Below, piece by piece: positions 36,701-51,700 of a DNA stretch of 61,260 nt. The stretch spans positions 90,863,624-90,924,883 of the forward strand of contig NC_068982.1 in the NCBI RefSeq assembly GCF_001194135.2, read 5' to 3'. This DNA is from Octopus bimaculoides (Eukaryota). The position numbers and the translations under genes are program-made. How positions within the stretch are numbered: position 1 is the first letter of the stretch; each line of letters opens with the position of its first letter. A model generated the notes under the pieces. The model saw only the letters and a list, made by a program, of their open reading frames with translations. It searched no databases and was not told the DNA's origin.

Positions 36701-39700
36701 AAATGCACAGCATGGAACTAGAATAATCAATTAGGGATAAAATGATTTTGTTGCGGCTTTTTATTATATATTATTACTCTATTACTAAGATAAATTTGAT
36801 AAATTTAATCATAATTTTAACTTTTGTAATTGCAACTAAACCGACTGCCGGAACTTTAATTTACAATTAGAGATTGCAGTAGTGCAGCAAACTTGGGACT
36901 TGCAGTATTATGAAACTAAGGTATCTTGAGTAAAATATCTGAATGTAATTCCTTTCCTACACATTAAGTGAAATATGGGAGTATAATACACATTCTAAGC
37001 AATTAGATACATAAAATAAAATTCAGCAATTCTTAATTGCAAGCTGGCTTGTAGTTGCCAACATAACTGTGTCCTACTCGTAACTTGCTGCAAACCGCCA
37101 GATCCAATACTTCGGAGTTTGTTGTGCTATGTTTGTAACTCTTCGGATTCGTATTAATATACGATGTAGAATAAACTGACATGATTTACGAAACGGTGTG
37201 AACCAATATGTTTTAAGTGTATTAGCTTATATATTTTCAAGTGTATGGGGAGTGTTAAAAAAAAGAATAACGTGGTCACATTAATGAAGTTAGTGCTAGT
37301 TTTCTTTAAGAATATGATTAAAGGTATTTTCTTTCTTTAAACCATTTTACTTTTTCTTTCACTTTCCACTGTTTAATGATTGATAAATGAAAGAAAACGT
37401 TAAGTTTTAGAGAATTACTACGACCTTTTTGTATATTTGCAGCATCTTAATCAGATTAATATTGTAAAATTGTACGTAATTGAGATTCATTTTTGTGAAA
37501 GTGTATTCTTGGATACACTTTTTTAGAAAGACCACATTGAAAGCTACACTTTTTTTTTTTTTCTAGATTACTTCTATATCTTGATTTTCACCTTTTTTAC
37601 AGAATGCGGTGGTATCTTATCTCTGGATTTCAAACATCTGGACGCACAGATATACTTCAATTCTAATTTAAATAAGACTGGCAAGGCTAACAAATGTGTT
37701 TGGTTAATTGAGGTCAGTTCAACAGTATTTGAAAACTTCAAAGTTTTAGACGTTTCTTACCTTTTGAAATAAATTTAGTTTTATTCATCAAAACTGAAAT
37801 TATATGCGGTGTATTCTATTGTAATTGTTTGCCGTAGGAAAACCAAAATTTAAGGCACGTGCAAACTGCAACAAAGAATGGCATCTACTTGAACTTCTGT
37901 ATTCTACTTGTCAGAAAAATGTCGAAGGATATTCCAAACGGCTTCCAATCTAAATATGGCTTTTAACAAATTACTCGCCGACTGATCTTAAGTAGATCTG
38001 GATGAATGGAAGCCAAATGGCCAAGTTGGTAAGAAAAACGCGACAGGATTTGGGTTTTCTCCAGATATAAGTTCGTCATAAGTGCTGAAGCTCAAATATC
38101 AAAATGAAATTATCTTCTGTGAAGAGATTAGACGATAGCTCTAGAATGTATTATTAAAGCCTTGAAAGTGGTCATGTGATGATGCGAAGTACGTGAGAAT
38201 GAGATTGAGATGGCCATGTCCTATATCCGATTGGAATTGGAAAAAATGATACAAATCTTTCACTTAATGTTTTCTGCAAATTATAGTCTATTACAATTTG
38301 AGAGGTAAGCTTACAGCACGTCTATGTACAAAGCCATGAGAGAAGTAAAATATGCTTCTCGTTAGTTCACCGCGACTGTACACGAACGCCTCTTAGAAAT
38401 TGTAAGTTACTTCCAAGTATTTATTTTGTACAGCAGGATCGTATCTCTATTCGAAGCAATTGTGGTGCTTTAACAGATCATTTTCCCATTCATTTGTATT
38501 CAGAAGAGCAACAAGGCTTACAAAAATGGTTTACTTCGTAAATATTTTGTTTTAATGGATCATATTTGATAAACTATTAACAAATCTCTTTATTTTTAGA
38601 GCCCAGCTTTGACTCGAATGGAAATAGCTATAGACAATCTAAGCATCAAAAATAAAAACTATAATTGTCTGCAATGGCTTGAAATGCGATATAATTTAAT
38701 TGGGCAAAATGGTCCCAGGTAAAATTTTGATAACCTTATATTTGTATTTTTGTTTTTTTGTCTTTAATATTGAAATATCAATCGTTAGCTATCCTCTTTA
38801 GTTTCAGTATATTGCAATGATATATTCAAAGAATTAAAACTACTCAACCGCGATCGTTTACTGTAAGAACTTCATATGAAAGATATAGGTTTGAGAATAG
38901 ATTTCAATTTTCTTAAAGTTATAGTTTACTTAAGCTATAAAATATAATCGAGCTGTGCTATTGTAGAGTACGTGATTCAATACGAACACCGAATATCATT
39001 GAATTCACAAGTTGCATTGAATATTTTTGGGGGTCCAAATTTCCTTACTTGACTAGATATATCAGTCCTTAATCAAGCTTAATCCCTTTCACATTGGGTA
39101 ATACATGAGATCAAAGCTTTAACGGGTTCCGTAGCTTGCCATCTTAGTTGAAATCGAAGATCTTTGAGTATCTACACACCAGTGCATTTTCGGATTGATC
39201 CTTAATGTTAATTCTGTCAAATTCTAATGGTTCACAAAACTAACATACGGGAGTATATTAAAGTCCTTTTATATATCATTGCAGTCACTAATTACTATTG
39301 GATTGACTTCCTAATTGCATCGTCTTGGACGACGAAGCTAATTGCGAGCCTTAGTTGTTTTAAGAATTACATTGGAATTGTAGAATTCGATATTTTTGTC
39401 TTCGCGGATCACATTCTTGCCCTCTCAAATTTTTGACATTTGAATACAACACCTTATCTCCCACCTGGCATTTATTTTTCCATTCTTTTTGTTGACGGCG
39501 TTGAAGCGTTTACTTCGGCACAGATGTTCTGGTATGATAAATGTACCAGCACAAAGAATTCGGGTCAAAACTGGTGAATGGCTTTCGTCAGCCACGATCA
39601 CTGTCCAACGCAAATAATAGTAGCAGTAGCATCCACATTTAGCGCTGATCTCTAACTTGAACTACTTGTTCTACACGATTTGAGATCAAACGTATTAATC

Positions 39701-42700
39701 GCAATTAACCTGGAGTTTAAAGTGTTCAATTTGTTATATAATCATGCACTACACTAGAAGTCTAACTCGTTCTAGTGAAAACCGTGAATTTTTTTTAATG
39801 TTTGTTAATACCGTTCAGTGTTATGAAGACTCATCATAAGTATTTATTTTTCTGACTTGTAATGCTTGTTTCATTCTTTAGATTCTGTGGCGAAAGTGCA
39901 AAGCTAAATCATTTATTCAATACAACTGCTAACATCGCGATGTTTATCCTAGAATCTTCAAATAATTTGGATAATGTATCTTTTGAAGTGAATGTGTCTA
40001 TATCTACAGAATACAGTAAGATTTATTTCTAAGTAAAAATCTACGTGAATTCATATCTTAATATTGAACATTTTAAAAGATGTTATTTTGTTTAAACATT
40101 TGCATAAATACTTTTCTAATCAATCAATGCCAATAACATGAAATAGCTAATATTCATTGATATAACTTGTCATTTATTTATGAATTTGAAAATATTTCGA
40201 AAATGTTTAATTTTTCTGCAACTCATAAAAACTCTTCTCTTGAAGATGCTGATATTAATTGTACTTTTGAACTTGGGAATGACTTTTGTGTCTTTAAACA
40301 AACTGGTGGTTTCGATAAATGGCTTATATCTTCTGTGAGTACTTAAATTCTTTCGGATAAATCCTTCATTTATTGAATAATCTAAAACAAATTCTCGTGT
40401 ATTTCTCTTACAGCGTACAATTTTTTAAAAAATGGTAGCGGTGAAAATACTTTTTCTTAAATTCATTATCATAGGTTTTTTTAATCTTATTTAATTCATC
40501 ATGAAATAAGACTTAATTAACAATTACTGTAACAGCATTTTGTTCGCAATCAAAATTGCAAAAATAACGGTTTGGAAAAAGATACAGTGGTAGTATTTTT
40601 AAGTCCGTGTGTGAACCTCGCTCATGTCGCATGATCTAATTTTATCGATAAAATAGCGTATTATTCAACACCATCGACTCCAATAATTGACTAATTCATC
40701 CCCTCACAATTGCTATCTTTTCCTAAATAAGAAACGATTACATCAGAATTAAAATGACTGCCTTTCTTTTCCAGTGCTACTGACAAGTTGATATTAATAT
40801 CTGCATATTAAGATAAGCTGATCAAAGGTTCACAGTTTGATTTTAACTGAAACGTACTTCATTATTTATTTGGGATATGAGGAAAGTGCAATATTTATAT
40901 TTGCAAATTACATTTGTGGTGTTTCAGTGTTCAGATGTAGATGAAACGATCTCTTTAGACCTTCTTTTGAAACACTGTCAGTCATTTCATGCAGGCGTTT
41001 CCATCTTTTTAGCTTTACGTTGCTTTCTTGCATGCTACATTTCCTAATACAATTTTTGAAGTTATATTGGCTACTTTTGTGCCATTTATAAATATTAACC
41101 TATATACCATGTTGATTATTTCCTATCATCCTCTCACGTCAATGATAATCTGGAGCAATATGCCTCACTTCAGCTTCTAGTTTTTAATATGTATTTGATG
41201 GAAAATATCTTAACGTGCTGTCTTTCTAAAAATCAAAGCAGTCGCCTCTCCAGACATTTAACTCTGTAATTAACTTGCGTGCTGAAACAAATTACCTAGA
41301 TCAGCTTCTAGTAACTATTTAAGAGCTCGCCTTTCATATTGCACAATTTTCATCAATGAAAATTTATTTCATCCTAATATATGGATATCACGGTGCTCGT
41401 CTTCTAATTATCGACATATATTAGCATTAGAGTATCATCGTTGGATACTTTGGGTGCATTCTTTAGCTTTGGGCCCAACTACGTTATGTGCGAGGATATG
41501 GTAAATGGAAACCGAAAGAAACCAATTGTGTTTGTCCCTCCACCACCACTTGACAACCGGTGCTACTGTGTTTACGTCCCCCTAAACTGGTGGTTCGGCA
41601 AAATAGATCGAGAGAATAAGTACCAAACTTAAAAAGTACTGGGATCGATCCATTCGACTGAAATCCTTCAAGGCAGTGTCACAGCATAGCTGCAGTCAAA
41701 TAACGGAAACAAGTAAATGGTATAATGTTCGTTTCTTCATTAAAAATTCGTATTAGTGAAGAGGTTTCCACGTAGCTGGTCGATGTCCCAAAGGTTGCAG
41801 TACAATTTTATTTGGAATTACACTTTTAAAAATTTGTAGTCCTGGATATATTATGCTTGAATCTAAATTTGATTTTCCTGACTGGAATTTCTTTGATCAT
41901 TGGCCTATTCAATTTGGTGCGACCTAGAATGACAACAGATTTGACACGGGACAAATTTATGTCCTTTATAAATCCATCTTATAATGGAAATAATTTCGCT
42001 AATAGATTCGAAATGTGAAGCCAATATAACAAAATAAACGCAAGTTATCAAGTCAACGAGTAGATCTAAATATTTACGATACATTTATCCCGTCTGTAGT
42101 TTATCCCTTCTGTACTCGACGCTCAAAATGCCAATGGGAAAATGATTTCGGTTTTCATTCCTCCAGAGCTAAAATAACCCCTAATATATTGGTTAATTCC
42201 AATTACTTTAACCACCACCCACTTTTTGACCGTACACCTATTCAGAAGTAATCCAGTTACTCGACCTACTTTGCACCATAAAATCTTTCAAATGAATTTA
42301 TATTATTTTCAATTTGCCTTGGTACATGAAAACCAAAAGCTCTTAATCAAGCAAAGAATTTCATGAAATGCATACCTGAAATTAAAAATGTTCTCTTAGC
42401 TGCTTCCATGTAGTTTCTGTAGTTTAATAAACTGGTTTATGCTAGTCAGTTGATTTTTTTCCCCATGTTCTTTTCTTAGAATGCCAAAGGTGTGAAGGGT
42501 TTGAGAGGTCATCACAATTCGGAAAAATACATTTACTTGAGACCTGCAACTCGTCCTGGTAATATTAACGGCGTTTTAGAAAGTCGATTAATCCCAGGTT
42601 AGTCTTCCAAACTGAATTCCTAAATCTTCACTGCCTCCTTTCTTTTTATAAGCCAACTTTCAAGTGTAGTTTTGAATTAAACAGAACGATATGTTTTAAA

Positions 42701-45700
42701 TGAAATGTAGAATTGAGTGTGCAAAAATCAATGATTTTATTTCAGTGAAAAGCCAACGATAGATCTTCGACTTGCTACAAATAGTATATTTCTTAAGCGT
42801 CACTTGCCGTCTGATGACAGGATGGGCACTTGAAACTCCGAAATAGTTTAAGTGGTCGTAGCGGAAACGCAATCTAAAATCTGATTGTGCTGACCTACGG
42901 AGATTATATATATCGCTACATAGCTCTAGATTATTTTATACAAATTCCAGCGCGTCTTTACAATTATATTTAAATCTTTACCTTGTTTAAAAATCATTTT
43001 AACTATACTGATATCGGTTGTAGGTTTGAAACTGTAACTGTTGAATAATTTGTTGGATTTCTTCTCAAACTAAAACAGTCTTTCAAAAGATTTCTCCAAG
43101 AAAATCGTCATCTAGATGGAATTAAAGTTTCATAATTGATTTAATGTTAAATAAGATCTTACTTTTATAGGAGGAAACACTTCATTACTGACACTAATTA
43201 CGGTGAATATTTCTTTTGCCATTTAATCTTAACCTATCAATCTATTTCTCGAACAAAATCGTGGTTTGAACTATCGTATTTACTATCAATGTTTATTTTG
43301 ACACTAATTGGTATGCTTATCAGTGATTTTTATGTCCTTGACAAATTCTGTCGGGTTTACAGAGATATTCATTTCCTAAGGTATATGTCACAACTTTTTA
43401 CAGAAGAGTGAGATGAGGTCGTCACATTTGCTCTACAAGATAAGTGAACTGGTCCCAAATGAGTCTCATGAGCGATTTGCAAGAATTTTGCTTTATCGTG
43501 TGGACCAGCAATATAATACCGAACAATACTTTTTCATATCACATGTAGTAAAAATTTAGGTGACTTGCCATGAAACCGTTAATTGAATATCTTTGCAGGT
43601 GGCCGTAAATGTATCGTTATTTATTACATAATCAACGTCGAACCAGGTGCCTTCTATCGATTGAAGTTAGATATTTCTTCTCCAACTGGAAACAGACAGC
43701 CAATTGTTCTACGAGAATCGAGATATAAAAATTGGCAAAAATATGAGTTTTCTGTTGTCTCCGCGTATGACTTTAAAGTAAGTTTACTGATGTTCTTACA
43801 TGTTTGAGAGGAACCCGTCATAAAGATGGGATTTAGTTCATTTAATTGCCCTAGTTACGTAACTACTTTATAGTAAGGGTAGAGGAACATCGCAAAGCTG
43901 TGACACGAGATAGATAAATCGGGTAGAGCTGATCATGTATGGAAAATTGGAGACCACCTCCCCTTGTGGGATGAAGTTAAAATAATACAGAGAACACCAC
44001 TTCGAAATACGAAAAATAAAAGCAGCAGCACATATGCTAGGACACCACTTCCTAAGCAGACCGAGGAAGGATAGGAAAACAGATTTATAACCCCTAAAAG
44101 TCACTCCATAATTGCCCACGGGCATATAGCGTAGTGGTTAAGAGAGGGGGCTACTAAACTCAAAATTCTGAGTGATTATAACATCGAAAAATACCTTAGA
44201 GAAATTTCGAACCTGGGTTCTCATTCCTTAGACAACCGATGAAAGTTGGAAGGTATATCAGCCGAAACGTCAAATGTAAATAATGTACTTTATTTATATT
44301 CGTTTATCCCGAATATTTCGTTCAAAAACACCGTAGTAAATGAATAAATATAAATTATAGAACACTAGTGAAAAATGTTCAATTCTGCGATCCCGAGTTG
44401 TACTAAATATTGTGAATGGTGACTGGGGGGGGGGGCGAGCTTTTGCAGTAGAATCTTGGATTTACAGATGAATTCGCGACAAGTATAACTGTCGAGAGTA
44501 GGACGTAACGTATTAACCGAATCAGTGATGAATGAATTAGTGATAAACGAGAATAGATGCATATGTCCAACCAGCCATTGAATTCCCTTTTCCCCACCAC
44601 TGCTGGATAATCCTCGGTTTTGGATGCTCGGTCTCTAATCTTTGTAATATTTTTATAAACGTCCCTTTACTTTAGGAGCTGCGATTGAACATTGATTTGA
44701 TTCCCTATTCTTACAGAAACGATCCTTAGTGTTAAGATCTCTCTTAAGGAGTTTGGCGCTTTCTTTATATCATGTTAGAGGCCGTGTCAATCTACTTTGG
44801 ACCTGTGCTATTTACCTAGTACTTTTTTTTATCGAATATGGTATTATGAAAATTAGTTCTAACCGTCGGACTTCGAACTCGATACGCAGTATTTATCGCG
44901 ACTCCTTACGTGTTCCATGTTCCAACAATAGTGCCTTTTACTTAACTGTGCGATAAGGACCGTCTGACAGCTAGAACTGCTAGAAATAGTAGCTAGCAAA
45001 ATTTTGCTAGAGCTACACTTGTTTTAAACGGAATAAGGCTTCTGCATTCAAGATAATGTGATCGTAGTTCTAATAAAAATAGTAAATTTCAAAACGATCA
45101 TAGCTGAAACTGCCGTTGATCATAATTTTTGTCTATAATGCTTAATCTGCTTCTAGGGGGCGGGGCTTAAACAATTTTTTATGACACACGACTTCACTAA
45201 ATAACGCAAGGCAATTTGTCTGGCACTTCCAGCTATTTACCATTATATGACGGAGTAAAACTTCCGAATGACATTTTTTATTTGAATCACTCTAACTAAA
45301 CTTTAAATATTTGATATTTAAATATTGTATAACATATTCGGTAGGTCGATTTTTATATAATCGATTGTGACTTACTGAATTTTCATTACTTCTTATAAAA
45401 GTGCCATATGAACTAATTGTTTGCTTTGGAACAGAGCCGAACATTAACCCATAAAGCGTTGGGAATTGCACTTGCATAGCATGGACTGCTGAGCACATTT
45501 TATGAAAATGAGACTACCATGCACACACAAAAAAACAAAAGTTAAAATATCTTAGTATATAATGGTGGCAAATTTAAAATCATCTGCAAAGTCATTAATT
45601 GTATTAGTCCTCTTGCATTCTGGTGCGTATCGGAGCGTTTGAATGACATTAGACTCTAACAAACGCTCATAAATTAAATGCATCTGAGCCACGATCATGA

Positions 45701-48700
45701 ACTGTGCCCGACGGCCACGAAAGTGGGCCATTGCACTTTGAATAATGTAATCTGTTTCAATTAACACAAATAGATACAATGTCTGTTGAGCAAAAATGTT
45801 ATGAAAATAGTAATTTTCTTTTATAACACTTAACTCGAAGTTCAATCTGCGCAATATATAAAAATCCATGCTTTAAAAAATTCAGAATTGTGTACTAGTA
45901 AATGTTTCACAGAGGCTGGAATATGAGACCCAGAAGTAGTTTAACAGCAAGGATCAGTTAATTTTCTTTGCAAGTTATTTGCATGCTAACTCGGTTTTAA
46001 ATTTGTTTTTAATTTTAAAAACAAATGATATACAATATATAACAATTTCAGGTGACTATTCGCGGGATAATTAGAAATGGCAGTGATGGGTATATTGCTT
46101 TAGATGATGTTTCCCTAATGAATGGAATGTGTCCAGGAGAAGCACAAGTGATGACAATCTCTGAAGGTAAATTTGTTTGGCCTTATTTATGCGGTTGTTA
46201 CCTTTCTGTATTCAGTTAAGCATTTTTATTTTTGAGTTCAAATCTACGGTCGTCAACTGTGAATTGAACCCTTCTAGTATCAAAAGGTACCATTCATGAC
46301 TTACAGGACATGCTTTTTCTATGAAAAAATGTGCCGTTATGTCTATATTAGTAATAGCTGCGGCTATCTTTTCTGTTCATAGTTTTATATAAACATCTAT
46401 TTAGATTCATCTATGCACAGATGAAGAATTTTGTAAATGTGTTCCTTATTCAAACTAATCTAATACGTATTCTATTACATTTGGTTCTCAGTCTTGCCTT
46501 ACGCTATACTATGTTAGAACATTTTGTCTATTCAAATTTTATCAACTTAATTTTTCAGATCTATAATCGCAGGTTATTTGCATAACCATTGAGATTTGGG
46601 GGGTTTTTTTCTGAAACTTCATATTTGAGTTTTTTTCCAAGTGTATTCGAAACCTTTTAAGACTTTATCGCACCTCTAATTTTATCAGCAATACTCGACA
46701 ATTGCTCCAATTTTTGATTCTTGCTATCAAGGATCTCTCTCCTGGTGAAAGCATATATTATCCGTTTGCCTCTTTTAATACGAACCAACCCAAGACCGTT
46801 TTCGTCTGAGGTATAAACTTTATATAAAGTGATCTAAATGAAAAAATACTCTAATCAAAATGTTTTCAAAATACCAGTTTAACAATTGGCTAATTTGCTG
46901 AATTCTTCACTACTTCAAAAATATATTGAAACAACGGTAGTATAGTTTAACATAAAAATGATAACAAGAGTTAACATTTCTAGTACTGCGTCTCGACGAT
47001 TATTCTTTCTGTTTACGACCAAGAAATACTTCAGTCGCCGATCAACTCTACAAATCTCAGATTAGTTCACAAGATTATTACTCTCGCATTTGGAACGGTG
47101 CTACTACGCACGCATTCTACATCACCTTCAAAAGAAGACTGGAAGAAGTAAATGCACACACGCTCCAGCCTCTGACACAGCTCGCTGTCTTCTGTCTGTT
47201 TTTTATTGTTGCAGTAATGGCGTTTGTTCTATGGAACTGGGTGGGCTCGTCAATTTTTAGTAAAGTATTCCCTACCCGCTCCCTTTCCCTCGTCATAACT
47301 GTTGAAACCCCCTAACCTCCTAAATTTTTTTCTCTAATTACTACAAGTTTTCTTTCAGCAACCTCGGTTCTTTGGAAGTCAATACTTAGAAGAAAGACCT
47401 GCATGGGTAGGGGGAGAATTTCAAGGGTTCTAGAATAACGTAGCATCAGTCTCACTGTTTTAAGAGGATCCACGTAAACCACCGGCACTCGTATCGTATA
47501 GATACGACCGTTAAAATAGTTTAAAACAAGATTTGAAATCTTCAACTCTTCCTTCCAGATGTACATTTTCTGACAAGTTCATGTTAGTATGGCGGCTGTA
47601 GACTACTGAATCGATCCCGATTTATGACTAGCATTTATTCTATTGTGCTGAAGAAATTTGAATCTGTGTGCTTATCTCGAAAGTATTTTGTAGATTCACT
47701 GCAGACGACTTGATAAATAGTAAAGCTCGTGCTTATGTAATTGATACTTTAATTTGAATACATTAAGTTTGAATAAACTGAGTTCGATTGATCAAAACCA
47801 CATTTTCAGATATAAAATTTTACTTCAAAATTTTCCCGATGAGAAAGAAAAAAAACTTGATAATCATTGCTTAGTCGGTCAGTTTTGCTAATAGACATAG
47901 GTAAATGTAAAGTAATAGAAACTGCGTTATGAATGCGATCTGTAATGTTGGATATCAAACACGGGTGTCTCAAATCTCTGGAGGAACGTTTACCGCAATT
48001 ATTAATGGAGCCTTTTGATAACCTGTCATATTCACTATATGCTTTTTTTTCTACAATACGCTGTAAGAATTATGAACTCTGAATCTGGATACGATTGACA
48101 TAACTGCTGACGTTAATAAATCCCACGCAACTATCGAAATATATTCAGTAGATATCGATTTTTTTTATCGCGTATTCTTTGACCATAAAATGTAGTGTTG
48201 AAAATAGTTATAATATACATGGTAATTTTATAGATTGATCCGAAAATAATAAAAACAGAAGAGCAATATCAATTGATGTAGCTTTAAAATGCTGTATCAA
48301 AGCTGAAATATTCAACATAGGATTTAAACATGTCATGTTTACTTAGATCTATGTACATGATGGTCTAAAACGTGGTGTAATAACAAATGATCATTTACTT
48401 GATTGCCAAAGCAAATGTTGGAAGCGTATTGGATTTTCCCCTCCTGCAAATTTTACTGAATGTTTTTCTTATTCCTAGGCTACAAATAAGATCAATATTT
48501 GTTTCTTGCCAATTCAATGTCTGCAGAAACAACGTTAATCTCTTCAATACCTTGGGTATTTTGAAAGCAGCTCCTTTCCGTCTGAATCTATTTTAACTAA
48601 GAGACCTCAATTAAAACGTAGCTTTGTATTTTAACTGTATATACATTTGTAGCTCATTTATACTGAACAAGGTCTTTTAGTTTTGACGGCCAAGATATAA

Positions 48701-51700
48701 ACTGTCCAAATAATGATTTATATTCTTTCCACACCAAATTTCCTGTATAAGCCTACTTGTAAAGCTGTCATTCAAGAATAAAGGCAATTAATCAACTGAA
48801 ATTCACGGCAATTGTTACCAACGACATCAAATATGTGCATTTCCTATTTAAGCGACTTCCTCCAATTGAAATTTAAAAATGGAGAAATTAATTTCTCGTG
48901 ATACGTATGTAACTGTCACGACGGATCTGAAATATTAAATGACTTAATAAGTAATGACATGGATTCCACCAAATAGTTCGTCTATATATGCACAGAAGAG
49001 CAAAGATAGCTGACTGTTTTAGTAAAATGTTAATGACTATGCAGAAATAAATTACTTTACCAATACATTTTAGAGAAGTTTGAAACCGACAGTTCTTATT
49101 AACAAACCTCTTCCGATTATCTTCAAGCTATTATATAGATAACTGCTGCAACCCTTTCAAATTCCGATTTTTTTCTCTAGGAGGACTTGTGCTTTAGCAA
49201 ACTCAACGGGTCCTTGAACTTGCAGATACTATAGCAACGTCTTCTAGCTATTTAGAACATAAAAACGGCGATTTCTTATTGATCGCCTTTTTGAAGGTTT
49301 CATCATTACCAGTTTAATTTAGTTAAAAGTAATTTATCTGCCAATAGATTTTCTTCTTTATCTAGGAGATTGCCATAACTGAGATAATGACCCATGCTGC
49401 ATCTGAGTCCCGGTTTCTTCATTATCGTGTTAATCCCTTCCTTGTTTCAACAAAGGCGATTTTTGCAGTATTGTCATCCATTTGTAATTATCATCCAAAT
49501 TCTCGTAGAGCAATATGAACGAAAGCTAAGCAGTTCATTTAGCAAGGAAACTATACGAAGCGAAGAAACTATTCTCTCTTGGAATCCAGAGTCATTAGGG
49601 CATATTTTAAATGTGACCATCTCAGTATTTTTTTATAAGTTTGGAAAAATGTTTCTTTTGCATGTTAGTTCAACATTTTGAATTCATGGGCCAGTCTTGT
49701 CTTGATCTTTCGTGAGGAATAACGTACGTAGTATATATAGATTCTTTCAACATATTCCGCATTCTCTGAATGATTTATCAGCAATGATTTCAAAATCTCT
49801 CAAACTTCCCTTCAGGAAGTAATTCAAATTTTAACTTGTCATAACAAGTGTTGTAATCTGTATTTTTGTCAGTTAAGCCGAAATTAAAAGTCCTTAAGCT
49901 AAATTTCTGTTAGCTTAAGAAAACTAGAATAGAATGTAAATCGATAACATTTGTATTAAATATTTGATAATCATTAATTTCTAAGACATTTAAGTGATAT
50001 ATTAAGCTTGTAAATTTCATTAGTTATAAATTCTATAAAATATTTATCACTGAAATTTTAATTTACTGATCTTCACAGCCTAAGAATTTTTTCTATTATA
50101 TCTCGTATGTTTCTTTATCTAGAGTTTGCTATTCTGCTGCTACTGAGGGAATAGTTTGCTCTCAAGTATAAGGATTTTACTAGAAAAATATCGTACTTCT
50201 GAGGAGCGCTGTTACATTGTCATTTGTGATGTTTTGTGTATTTCTTATTCTGGTGGTGTTATCTGAGGGAACCCTTTTGATTCTTATATCACTGGATTTG
50301 ATATTTAATCACTCAAAGCTTTAAAAAAGAGCTCTGTGCAATAAATTCAGTCACTAGTTCTTTTTTTTTTCTTTGCTTCATTAGCATTTTCTTCCCAGAC
50401 TGCTTGTAGAATAACTTCAATTTTTTTAAACATTACTTTATCACATGTTCTAATTTAATTTGTATAAAATACTGTGACATATTTAAAATATCAACCCGTT
50501 CCCCTTTCATTTTCATAACTTTTTCTCTTCTAGGTTCTCAAATAAGGTGCAATTTTGAGACGGACGCTTGTAATTATGAGTGGAACCCTACAGAAGAAAC
50601 GCGTTTTTTAACCAAATCTTCTACAAAACAATGTCCTAGTGGTTGCCTCGTTATATCAGCTTCAAACTCGGTATGTTAAGCTTGTTTAAGGAGCACCTTT
50701 TTTCACATGTTTTATGGCTAAGAATGAAGCTACACTATTACTATTATAATATTTTCAAGGTGCTTTGAATTACTACGTGCTAGGGTTTGTAAGTTGCATT
50801 AAGTAATTGGTATACAAAACATTCAATATGAGTAGCAGCTGCCATTCGGTTATGGCAGCATGAAAGAAAATGCAACTGAACTCGAAGATATTAGTTGACA
50901 GTTGGAAAGCATTTAATGACGGTCGACTCCATAATTGCATGATAGATTTCGATTCATACCTCTTATCACTAGAATTATACTGATCAACAGGGACAGATAG
51001 GTATGTTTGTAAATTTTCATACTAAGGTTTACTTGTTAGAGGCAGGTGTTACTTCAATCTTGAGCATCTTGTAAAAACACACTTAAGACACGAGCTATTT
51101 TATTTTATTTTCCCCAAAGATCAAGAGCGAAGTTCGATCACCAGTGCAGTCTTATAAGGGACCGTCTTGTCTTGCAATAAAATATCGGATAGGAAAGCCT
51201 GAAAAATTGGACATGAACCTGTACGTTTCCGATCCAAGTAAAAACAAAAAATTCAATGTATGGCACTTCTTTGGTTCCAAAGACAATTTGAATTTTGACT
51301 GGTTTATAAAAGATATAGATGTCAACTTCTCTTTAATCCAGGTAGGTAAAAGACTTCTATTTATACAAACTATAGTTTCCTTATTTTAAAATTATAGAAT
51401 AAAAGTATGTGCTTAGTTTGCTCTGACGCATGTAATATTTTCTCTTGAATTTATTGAGGACTTTCACATCGTTAATTGAAAGTGCGCAAAATTTAGATGT
51501 GAAATATAATCTTAAACATGGAAATCTGTACGATTTGAAAAATGTCTGTGCTGTGTGTCTTATCTATACGAGCACAAAAAGTATTTCTTACCATCGTAAT
51601 ATATTTTCAGCTCATATTAACAGTTAAATCACAAAGAGATTCAGTTCAACTGTTTCTGTCTGAAGTCTGGTTTGACTCTGTACCATGTCAATCGTTACGT

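Noticed and set aside
47312-47566. 84-aa minus-strand ORF in an intron
   Set aside because: No recognisable domain, and the length is within chance expectation.
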